Origin: Eledone cirrhosa
Lineage: Eukaryota
NCBI GenBank assembly: GCA_964016885.1
Contig: OZ024742.1
Span: 311,240,001 to 311,304,000, forward strand
DNA length: 64,000 nucleotides
Direction: 5' to 3'
The notes under the pieces were generated by a model that saw only the letters and a program-made list of their open reading frames with translations, did not search any database and was not told the DNA's origin. The translations under genes were made by a program, and so were the position numbers. This document shows, piece after piece, positions 53,496-63,730 of this stretch; within the stretch, counting starts at the first letter, position 1, and the number at the start of each line of letters is the position of its first letter.

Positions 53496-54824
53496 ATGGT
53501 GAGACAAATGCAAGAGAGGTTCTTAGAGAAGAATAAGCCACTATACTTAGCCTTTGTTGACCTAGAGAAGGCCTTTGATAGGGTACCCCGATCTGTCATC
53601 TGGTGGTCCCTAAGGAAGCTAGGTGTTGAAGAATGGCTTGTGAGGACAGTGCAAACTTTGTACAGAGGTACTCAGTAAAGTCAGGGTAGGAATGGAGTTT
53701 AGTGAGGAATTCCAGATACAAGTAGGAGTACATCAGGGTTCGGTCCTCAGCCCGCTCTTGTTCATTATAGTCCTCCAAGCCATAACAGAGGAGTTTAAGA
53801 CTGGCTGTCCATGGGAACTTCTCTATGCTGACGATCTGGCTCTTATAGCAGAATCAATAGAGGAGCTAGAGAATAAATTCCGGCTATGGAAACAGCAGTT
53901 GGAAGCAAGAGGACTGACAGTAAATCCTTCTAAGACAAAAGTGTTGATGAGTAGAAAAGAGGACAAAACCCTGATTCCGTCAGGGAAATGGCCATGTTCG
54001 ATATGCAGAAAAGGAACTGGCATAAATTCTATAAAATGCACACAATGCAGGTCCTGGGTACACAAGAGATGTAGCGGGATAGCAGGCAAACTAACAGGTA
54101 GGGAGAAATATGTATGCAGTAGATGTACAGGGAAATTAGACAGTAGAAGTCGCACTGATAGACACATTTTTCAAATGCGAGAGGGCGCTATAGAAGTGGT
54201 GGATAGCTTCCGGTACCTAGGAGATCAGATTAGCATGGGAGGAGGGTGTTCCGAGGCCATAGTATCTAGAATAAGGACGGGTTGGAAGAAGTTTAGGGAG
54301 CTGCTTCCTCTGTTGACGAAGAAGGGTTTCTCCCTGCGTACGAAAGGCCGGTTGTATGATGCCTGTGTGAGGAGTGCGATGCTGCATGGTAGTGAGACAT
54401 GGGCAGCAACCGCAGAGGATATGCGACGGCTGGAGAGAAATGAGGCAAGCATGCTCCGTTGGATGTGCAGTGTAAATGTGCGTGAACGACCCAGCATAAA
54501 TGTGTTGAGAGAGAAACTGTGTCTGAGAGGGATAGAATGTAGTGTACGGGAGAGGAGACTGAGGTGGTATGGACATGTGATGCACATGGAGGATGACCGA
54601 TGGGTGAAGAAGTGCCAGGAAATGCCAGTTGAAGGAAGATGTGGTAGAGGTAGACCACGAAAAACATGGGCGGAGGTGGTGAGAACAGACCTCAGATCAT
54701 TGAAGCTCACGGTGGAGATGACGAGGGACCGTGACGAGTGGAGAGATGCTGTGCTGAATAAGACCCATCCCACCCTTGCAAGCAGGGAAAAGCAGACGTA
54801 AAATGATGATGATGATGATGATGA
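53496..54824 (+). mobile_element. 5'-truncated RTE-clade LINE (RT C-terminal half, one frameshift near 53675, (GAT)n tail)
   Basis: FVDLEKAFDRVP, GVHQGSVLSPLLF, LLYADD, FRYLG, RRLRWYGHV and GRGRPRKTW motifs. Ends taaaa(tga)n. Confidence 0.95.
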
Positions 54825-54896
54825 TGTCCCTAAAAATGTATACATACTTCAACAGCATTCTAATCAAAGTGTGTATACATTTTGGGGGACACCCTG
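54825..54896. mobile_element. Tc1/mariner-type mini-MITE with its left end clipped at the RTE tail
   Basis: tgtccctaaaaatgtatacatactt ... aagtgtgtatacattttgggggacaccctg-TA. Confidence 0.65.
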
Positions 54897-54966
54897 TATA
54901 TATACATATGTATATATAAATATTAATTCAAAATATTAACAAAATAGATATTCTTGTGATCAAGTA

Positions 54967-55033
54967 TATTTTATTATACATATTTCAGAGGTACTGAGTT
55001 AACTTCAACAGTACGTCCTCATCAGATAAAATA
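54967..55033 (-). ncRNA. Minimal type I hammerhead ribozyme (family C)
   Basis: Minus strand reads tattttat-CTGATGA-ggacgtactg ttgaagttaact cagtacctct-GAAA-tatgta-TA-ataaaata. Confidence 0.8.
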
Positions 55034-56069
55034 AGATGATGCATGACATACACTGACATAGTAGATGGTTAAGATTCAGTCATGGTAGTGAGTAATATAT
55101 GACAAAACTCAATATTTATATACCTTAATATTGAGAACATGAGAAAAATATATAATACATACAATAGAGAGGGTGCGTGTGATACAGCTTAAAAAATACT
55201 TGGCATCAATATAACTTTTAAATAATTTAAATTACCGAAGAAAGAGAAAAGAAAAGCATAGAGGAAGAAACAGATGAGGGGATAATATAGTTAGTAGGGG
55301 CCTAGAAAAACAAAAGAGAGTTGATTACAGAGAGAGAGATAAAGAAGAATAACTTATGTTCAAGTCTTTAGACAATTATCCATATATACAATATATATCT
55401 AAACATATCTGGTTGACCGTTAATATTCAAAATATTTAATTTAAGTTAGTTCAGAGTAATGAATAATATCTTAGGTTTTAAAAGTTAATGGGTATCTGTA
55501 TTAATATTAAAGTATACTATCAAACTTAATTTATGAAATCAAATTTAAAGGATTTACAAACACAAGAAAGAAAACAATGTTTTTACAACCTCACGTAGGT
55601 AAACTTTACCAAATTTATCATATAATATTGACGACAGTTTATATAATATAATTTAGAAAATAATTACCGTTATAATTTTTAAAGAATTTATGATTAACAA
55701 TTTGAATGCCTAAAGGATCAACAGGCCTTATAATTAAACTTAAAAAGGTCTGAATTTTAAATTACATATATGTGTTTATAAAAAAAAATACACAAAGATT
55801 ATATTGTCTAAATACTTAAGATGATATCTTTCAAATATACATAATATAATACAATATAGTAAATAAGTTACTGAAAATATTGTTAAAAATTAATGTTTTA
55901 GATCAATTATTGTAAAAGGATCATTTAATAGATATATACTATAAATATATGTCAAGACTTCATGAGTCCTAAAGATAAGGACTAGATACAAAATAAAAGT
56001 GAAAAAAGTGAAAAAATAATGAATTGTTTGCAAAACATAAAAAATATAAAAACTGAAACAAGGCCTTTG

Positions 56070-56437
56070 CATATATACATACACATGCATACACATAAGT
56101 ACATTACATACATATAAATACATATACATTCACACACATACATGAGTGCATATAAACATGCACAAGCATAAACATGTACATATAAATACATATACATTTA
56201 CACATACATGAGTGCATGCATACATATATATAGATATACATACATACATATGCACACACATATACATATATATACACAGACACAGAGACACACATGCATA
56301 CATACGTAAGTACATACATAGATACAAACATACATATACACACATACACATATACATACAAACCTACATACATACGCACTTACACTCAAACATACATACA
56401 TACATAGATACATTCACACACACACACATATACATAC
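56070..56437. repeat. Compound (TACA/CA/TA)n microsatellite
   Basis: Low-complexity tract. Many shorter (TA)n tracts occur across the window. Confidence 0.9.
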
Positions 56438-56581
56438 AGTCTGCTGATATGCAAATCTGGCTGATCAGTCAAATCTGCTATTGACTGATTGGCCAGTCTG
56501 CTAATATGCAAATCAGGCCGATCAGTCACTGTATATTTTAGAAAATATCATATATTTCACTAGCTCTGACAGTTGACAGGT

Positions 56582-56631
56582 GAACAGTACTGATGAAGTG
56601 TAATACCCAGAAACATTAGTGTCTGCAGTTC
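56582..56631 (+). ncRNA. Candidate decayed hammerhead ribozyme
   Basis: gaacagta-CTGATGA-agtgtaataccca-GAAA-cattagtg-TC-tgcagttc: stem I pairs 7 of 8, GUC triplet, weak stem II. Confidence 0.5.
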
Positions 56632-56921
56632 TGTTTACATGCCAAGACAAGAGCATGAATGTGGGGGTGGGGGGTGGGGGTGGGGGATGTCATTCTACTG
56701 ATATGGCTTTAAAAATGAGGCTTGTTTACATAGAGTTACGGCCCTTTCAATTATGAGTTCAAATCCCACCGAGGTCAACTTTACCTTTCATCCTTACGGG
56801 GTCGATAAAATAAAGTACCAGTAATGCACTGGGTAATTGCTGGCCTTGTGCCAAAAGTAGAAACAATTATTATTAATATTCGAAAAACTCAGATTACATT
56901 TATTATACACACACACACATA

Positions 56922-57280
56922 TCTATCTCCTTATAATATATAACCAGCAATTTCTCTGTCTGTCTGTCCGACAGTGGAAACACGTGCACGCGTGCGAATG
57001 TTTTTTGCGCACGCGTAGAGAGAGAGTGAGAGTGAAAGAAAGAGACAGACTACAAGAGGGGGGTAGCGGGAGGGAGAGAGGGGGAATTGAGGAGTGCTAC
57101 AGAAACATATATACATTTCTGTGTGTGTGTAATATATATATATATACACACACAGAAATATATATATATGCACACAGAAATATATATACATTTCTGTGTG
57201 TGTAATATATATATATATATATACACACAGAAATATATATATACGAGCAGAAAACCACCCGGTGGGTGGTTTTCTGCTAG
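56922..57280 (+). mobile_element. Non-autonomous Helitron-like element 1
   Basis: Starts with TC after a host A, has (CTGT)n near the 5' end, and ends in the hairpin agcagaaaaccaccc-ggt-gggtggttttctgct with terminal CTAG. Confidence 0.6.
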
Positions 57281-57911
57281 TCTATATATCTAAAACAGAA
57301 TGTGTCTGTCTATCTGTCTGACTCCCTAAAACTCGAGAACCACCCTACCGATTGTTTTCAAACTTTACACATGTAATATTTATGGCCCTGTGAGTGTTTT
57401 GAGCAAAAAAATCTTTTCGAATTTTCAATGCCTTAGGGACCGCATTAGGCGATTTAGCAATCTCTCTCTATAATTCTTAGTCTTTCTTTTTAGATAGATA
57501 CATAGATATAACGTTGCGCCCTTATAATATCTGTCTGTATGTCTGCATTACGACATTATGACGTCGCTATCTGTGAGTGTGTGCATATATGTATATATGT
57601 ATATATAGTGTGTGTATATATATATAAGTGTAGTGTGTAACGTTTTTCGAAATATTTACTTCTGCGTTCACAGATTGATTACTTTAGTTTCAGAAGATCC
57701 TATTAAGGGTGAAAGCAACGATTCTTTGCTTAAACTTTAATCTGTTATTTTAATATATATATATATATATATATTCAGGTTTGAGGTTCACCACTGGATA
57801 GAGCCGGTCAATTCCGTATGGTCAATCTTAATGTAATAATATGGAGAGTACTCAACGTAAAGCAGTTCAACCATCTTCGTTTTTGTAGTTGGTGGTGCTA
57901 GTACGGAGTTA

Positions 57912-58092
57912 AATATTATAATGAAATGACAGGAGGCTGGACTTGTGTAAATCCTTGAAAGGTTTATTATACTATGATCATTTCAATGACCGGGTTCCGT
58001 ATGAATCCATACGGAACCCTGTCATTGAAATGATCATAGTGTAATAAACCTTTCAAGGATTTACACAAGTCCAGCCTCCTGTCATTTCATTA

Positions 58093-58099
<7 letters not shown>
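57912..58099. repeat. Fold-back palindrome, 92-bp arms with 4-nt loop
   Basis: 57912-58003 versus 58008-58099, two mismatches seen, loop AATC, followed by (TA)n. Confidence 0.95.
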
Positions 58100-58133
<34 letters not shown>

Positions 58134-58134
58134 T

Positions 58135-58292
58135 GATTTAAAACTTCACTATTCACAAGTGTTTTTTAAGCTTCATATCATGTCTCCCTATTTTATCTGA
58201 TGAGAACGCAGATATCATCCCATGATGATATTTGTTTTTGAAATGCGCATAATAAAATACTTGGAACTCTTTTAACCAACTTTTGATCTTAT
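58135..58292 (+). mobile_element. Family A short ribozyme element, dispersed copy
   Basis: Matches the reverse complement of 24145-24302 from gatttaaaac to ttttgatcttat. Lies between (TA)n tracts. Confidence 0.85.
58189..58259 (+). ncRNA. Minimal type I hammerhead ribozyme (family A)
   Basis: tattttat-CTGATGA-16 bp stem II with CCAT loop-GAAA-tgcgca-TA-ataaaata: perfect 8-bp stem I, palindromic stem III, AUA triplet. Confidence 0.85.
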
Positions 58293-58311
58293 ATTATATA
58301 TATACATATAC

Positions 58312-58387
<76 letters not shown>

Positions 58388-58552
58388 GTGTACAGATATT
58401 TTTGCATACACAATAACAAAATATAAACAAACGTATTTATTTCACGAGGCTCGATAAGGATAAATATATGTAGCAAGACTTGCTACATATATATCAAATA
58501 TATAGAACCCTAGATCAAATCCCGTGCAACGCCAGGCCATTCTGCTAGTATA

Positions 58553-59252
58553 TATAAAGAAAATTATTTTTTTAAAAATGGCTTGAAAAGCGCGTGTGAT
58601 GTATATATATATATATATATATATGTAAAAGTAAACAGAAATAACAACACAATCGGTACAGTATATGGAAGGATTTATTATATTAGGTTAAACTTGTCCC
58701 TTCATTTCTACCCTCACCACTCTTACAGGCCCTAACGGGTCTTTCCGTATCCTCTACTCGTTCACCTGCACATCCACCCACGTTGTCTATGCCCTCCGGT
58801 GTTCTCTTTGCGGGTCGTTATATATCGGGCAAACAGGACGCCGTATGAACGACCGGGACGGTTTTGCCGAGCATTTGAGGGACACACGACTCGGTTTGGA
58901 TACTCCTGTCGCCCGTCATTTCTTTTCTCCTGGTCATTCTTCCCAACGTGTTTCAGTCCTGGTTGTCCTTTTACATCATACATCACAGGTCTCGCGCACC
59001 AGGACTGAATAAAGTCTGATTCACCGCCTTGGGTCCTATTCCCCTTTTGGACTCAACTCATCTCATTTCTCTAATTATCACACCCCTAGATTCCTATCGC
59101 TCTCTCTTGATATTTAACATCTTCTCTTACAACTAATACAGGCCGACTATATATGCTCACTCCACTTTTCCCTTCACTGCTCTGTATACACACATCACAC
59201 ATATATAAAGTGCGTTTTTCAACTCACCTTTTTAAAAATAATTTTCCTTATA
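58553..59252 (+). mobile_element. 5'-truncated Penelope-like element (GIY-YIG endonuclease relic, probably Neptune-type)
   Basis: Frame 58692-59060 reads TCPFI..FTCTSTHVVYALRCSLCGSLYIGQTGRRMNDR..FAEH..PVARHF..GH..E*SLIHRLGSYSPFGLN with one stop at 59010. The 3' tail 59192-59252 is repeated, inverted and diverged, at 58553-58602. Confidence 0.88.
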
Positions 59253-59303
59253 TAACGTAATTTGTATAGAACGTTTTCTAACGTGCACACTCGTTTTAAC
59301 TGT

Positions 59304-59341
<38 letters not shown>

Positions 59342-59392
59342 AACGGTGGTGATGATGATATATAAATTCTTTATTGCTGCTAAGTGATAAGT

Positions 59393-59439
59393 TTGTTACT
59401 ATGGAGTTTCACATGTGCACTCACAGGGTCATCAGACAA
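59393..59439 (-). ncRNA. Candidate decayed hammerhead ribozyme
   Basis: Minus strand reads ttgt-CTGATGA-ccctgtgagtgcacatgt-GAAA-ctccatag-TA-acaa: 4-bp stem I, tgtg/caca stem II with a mismatched base, GUA triplet. Confidence 0.45.
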
Positions 59440-60603
59440 TGCATATATAATGTATTTCTTGTCTGTCCAGAACTGACGTAATTTTCGCCCTGAATTAGAA
59501 GGAAAACAAACACACGAATATACATAATTCCTACACGTAACTGAGATTGTGAGAAATATTCTGTTTTCTACTGAAAATATATTTGTACCTCTCTGCCTAC
59601 AATATTGCACCCTGGCACTGGAAATGTTGTTTACATTAGTATCATATTCCAGTGAAACGCCTGATTAAAGAATGTTGTTCCTCAATGTCGTTCAAATTTA
59701 GATAGATCATTTCACTTTCTCCGCCCTCTGTAACAGACGCCACACAACACACCGATTCTTCAAACACTATCTTCTCTTGCTTTCTTTATACATCTTTCTT
59801 TCCTTTCCCTTTTCCCTTACACAGTATCTATCTATCTATCTATCTGAATAAATAAATAAATAAATAAATAAATAAGGTACTCTATACAGGACTAGAACTG
59901 TTTCATTCGTTTGAATGAATAAATAGATGATAGACAGATATTTCTCTCCCTCCAACTGCCGTTAGCAAGCCAGATGTAAAACATATGAAGGTTCAACAGT
60001 CTTGTCAGTTTAATTCTTTATGGTTAAGGCTTTAAATGACACTTCAGTCCAGCTGCTGATTTACACATCAGGCGGCATTTAGTGCAGATGACAGCATTTT
60101 GAGCGGAGCAGGATGGTATATTTCATTGCATCTTGGTGTTAATCACGAAGATGGAAGAGACGAGATTTTTCGTAGTTCTATATACCTTCATGGCAGACAG
60201 TTCTCCATTTTCTACGGCCAGCAGCTTGGGCTTCAAGAGAAGTGAAAGGTATGTTCACACATTTAAGATTATACCTCAGTTTGTCTGAGTAACGGTCTGC
60301 CTACATTACGTGCACTATTATGAAATTGGGTGTGCGGTCGTTGAAAGATGGGTGAGAGAGGCATGCATGGCCCGAGTGAATGGGCCTGCTCTGAGTATGC
60401 GCCTGTAAATTGGAGGTGGAAAACTGGGAGAGAGCACTTTCCCTGGTGGTCAGGGTCATCGTGGCTTTTTTAATAGGCTTTCTTCAGGAGTATCCCTCGG
60501 AAGCCCCCCCCCCCCCCCCCACTATTGGGAATTTTCCTTTGTTTCTTTTTTTTTGTCATTTCCTTTGTTTTTTCTTTACACGCAGAAATGCCCATTTGTA
60601 CCG

Positions 60604-62085
60604 TCATATGCACAATTGGTCTGGAAGCAGTCTCCTTGGTCGGGTAGCTGTGGGTAGTCCTCTTGTTTCGATGTGGTGTGTGACACTATGCTTAATAGGA
60701 CCATCCTTAAATACCGGGCGAGTGATGTCTGGGTATTTCTGGAGAATGCGGTTGTACCGCGAAGGCTCTGACTGGCAAATTACAGGGCTCACTGTGGATT
60801 GCGTGGTAAATATACCTCTCACAGTGAAGTTTGTGGTGGTGTCAATAAGCCTCCGGTTCTTCATATCCACCAGAAGGTTGAAGTGGTGGAGAAAATCGGC
60901 TCCTAGGATAGGGGTCGGCAGGTCTGCCATGACGAACACCCATTGAAAACGCCGCCTCTGGCCTAAATTGAGGGTCAGTGATTTTCCTAAGAAAGTAGGA
61001 ATTGACGATCGGTTCACTGCCTGCAGAAAGGACGGTGCTGGGTGTCTTTTGCCCGAGATTAGTGAAACAGGAATAACACTAACCTGGGCTCCTGTATCCA
61101 CGAGGTAACGGATGCCTGTCGCTTGGTCGTTAGTAAAAATAGACGACTTTTCTTTTCAGTATCAGGGGTGAACGTCGTCGCTAGGCCCTGGGTGGTATTT
61201 TGGAAAGAGCACGGGGCCTTGCACTTAGATGCCTGTGCGCCGAATTTTGCGTGATACCAGCAGAGGTTGCCAGACACACGATTTTGACTGGGACTTCTGG
61301 ATCTTCGACGGTGAAAGGGCCTGGATCGACTGTTGCTGCGTCGCCGGTGTGTTTGAAAAGTCAGGTTCTCTACTCGATTTGAAAGGGCTTTAATTTGACC
61401 AGCCCGCTCTCTGATCATAGCCCGCAGCTCTGAAATCTCGGCCTCTGTCGTTGGTTGTGACATGTCCATGTTGGTATCTTCTTAGGTGCTATCTGGTTGC
61501 GCGTTCGAACCACGTCGGGGTCACCAATTGTAGCGACGTGGTTGGTCAGTCTGGTCACTACTTCCGATCAGATCCGAGAATAGCCCTTAAAAGGACTGTT
61601 ATCGCATACGGTCTGATCGTATCTGAAGATAGCCCTTAAAAGAACTGTTGTCACATACGGTAAGGATGAACAGACGAAAGCACAAGTTCAAAGGACGAAG
61701 CAAGGCGAGAGATGTAGTTTCGATCAGCTATTTATTTTCACATGAATCGACGATACGAGGTACAAGGCGTGTGTGAGTGACCAGCTTGGCAGAGGAGAGG
61801 AACAACGATACGCTAGCTGACTCTGCCAAAGGTCGACTGGCGAAAGTGTTTGGAACCACTCTATTTATATAGAAATAATCGTTTGATGTTTAGTCGCTGC
61901 GTAGGCGTTTATTCTGGTGACTTCTAAGGTTTGTTTGTTTCACGGTGAGGTAGCTAGCTAACAGATAGACGGAGCTGTATATTTCACAGATGTTATTTCC
62001 GGTGGCTGTACAGATATACATACGAATATCTATGTGTGACAAACATGGCACGTGTCATGGGCACCACTTAAAAGGGGGCGCTACC
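60604..62085 (-). mobile_element. Deleted Ty3/Gypsy LTR retrotransposon: 5' LTR, PBS, gag end, protease, start of RT
   Basis: Gag knuckle CWYHAKFG..A.KC..PC, protease YLVDTGAQVSVIP..ILGADFL (frameshift near 61135), and HHIET..PRRL. LTR at about 61529-62085 has termini tgtagcg/cgctac, a minus-strand TATA near 61865 and AATAAA near 61735. Confidence 0.9.
61495..61526 (-). other. tRNA-Trp primer binding site
   Basis: The + strand reads ggttgcgcgttcgaaccacgtcggggtcaCCA, matching the 3' end of metazoan tRNA-Trp plus CCA, 2 nt from the LTR edge. Confidence 0.85.
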
Positions 62086-62386
62086 TGGAGTAGGAGCACT
62101 CTCTATTAACCCTTTAGCATTCACATTACTCTATATATACTATTATATTTTCATGGTATAATTATCTTGTAGTGGAACTACGTCGCACCTCGCAATAGCA
62201 ACATTTTCATACGCAATAAGGTCAAACTGACCAATGGGAAGTTGCGTATGAATATTTTTGAAAGTATTTATTTTGAGAACAATACCTTAACATCAGTATG
62301 AGTGGCCAGTTACAACAGAAAGAGGTAGAGAATTCTGGCCGGTTTGAACGTTAAAGGGTTAAAGTCAGATAAGCTATTGTTAAAGA

Positions 62387-62995
62387 GTGAAAGAAACAGG
62401 TATGGTTCTATTTTATCTTGTTAGATCTCATCGGTGAAGTATATTTACATAGAAAGTTGGTTAGACCTTAATGTAACTAGATATTAATAGAAGAGGGGGG
62501 GGGATTGTACAAATGATTATGTGTTCTTCCAGAGATGGAGAGGGGGTGAGAATGAGATATAGAGGAAGAATCGACTTCAGTACTGGACTAGTACTTTATT
62601 TATCAACTTCGAAAGTATGAAAGGCAAAGGTGACCTCGATCGAATTTGAATTCCGAGCGCAGAGAGTTGGAAAGAATACCGCAAAGCATTCTATCTGACG
62701 TTCTAACGGCTCTGCAAAATTCACCACCTTATACATCTGGATATACAAGCAACCCCCTTCCTCAAATGTACTTAATAGCTGTAAAATAGAGTCTCTATTT
62801 TTATGTATACACTTCATGCAAAAACTCCATCTCCAGGTAGTTTTACCACTATTCTTTGTTGACATATAATCATTGTATAATTTTCCCCTTCTATTAATAT
62901 CTAGTTACATTATAGTCCAACCAACTTGCTACGTAAATATGCTTCACCGATGAGATCTAACAAGATAAAATAGAATCATACCCGTTTCTTTCACC
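62387..62995. repeat. Diverged inverted repeat (about 135-bp arms) enclosing a Meta-type SINE
   Basis: 62387-62522 is the approximate reverse complement of 62861-62995. Confidence 0.85.
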
Positions 62996-63474
62996 ATGTT
63001 GGCTTTTAGAAACGCCCACTCTCATTGCACCATATACGATTGGTCCGAAAGATTAGGATTAGATCGAAGAACATTAGTTCTCTCCTTTGTTTACTTCTCA
63101 CGATCTGAATTCTCTCAAAGGAAGTTTCGGTCTTGAAATTAAATATTTTGAAATTGATATAATAATGGTTTCTGATTTAGGCACATGGCCAACAATTTTT
63201 TAGGGGAGGCGATAGTCGAATACATCGACCCTAGTGTATTACTGGTGCTTTGATTTTTGACCCCGTAATGATGAAAGACAAAGGTCACTTCGGCGAGATT
63301 TGAACTCAGAACGTAAAGGGCCATAACTCTATGCCCCAAAGCATGTTGACCAACGTTCTACCCTTTCTGCCAATCCATCAAATGCCGGCTTACGAGACAG
63401 TGATAAATTTCCAAATTTTATTTGGATAAAGGATATACCCCTAGATGTGAGCATGAGGGAAACTGATTAAAATA

Positions 63475-63730
63475 TCTCAGGAAAGAATCGCTAGACATAT
63501 CTTACAGGTAAAACGAACCTTGAGGGGATCCAGGGGTAGACCCCGAGCAAGATGGTTGGATAACATCCATGAGCTTGCAGACGGTTGCTTCTGACAGGGA
63601 GGGGTGTTTGAGGACTCTTCCCCCACGATCCTCTCAGAAATAAGTGGGCGAAGAAGAAGAAGAAGAAAAGGAAAAAGAAAAAGAAAAAGAAAAAGAAAAA
63701 GAAAAAGAAAAGGAAAAAGAAAAAGAAGAA
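63475..63730 (+). mobile_element. 3' end of another RTE-like LINE with (GAA)n-type tail
   Basis: Relic ERIARHILQ..RGRPRARWLDNI then aataagtgggcgaagaagaag. Related copies at about 560-742, 4560-4770, 31790-32012, 32525-32690(-) and 51505-51708. Confidence 0.7.

Larger units (their letters stand above)
57281..58548 (+). mobile_element. Non-autonomous Helitron-like element 2, head-to-tail with element 1
   Basis: 5' TCTATATATCTAAAA then (GTCT)n and aaaactcgagaacc..accgatt..aaactttacaca. The 3' end has a GC-rich imperfect hairpin cccgtgcaacgccagg, then CTAG followed by T. Confidence 0.6.

Noticed and set aside
54217-54845. Long minus-strand ORFs (122-206 aa)
   Set aside because: Antisense shadows of the RTE reverse transcriptase frame.
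60410-60946. 178-aa plus-strand ORF
   Set aside because: Antisense to the Gypsy protease region plus low-complexity sequence.
61495-61526. tRNA-Trp gene
   Set aside because: Only the 3' part is present, with encoded CCA and next to an LTR, so it is a PBS.
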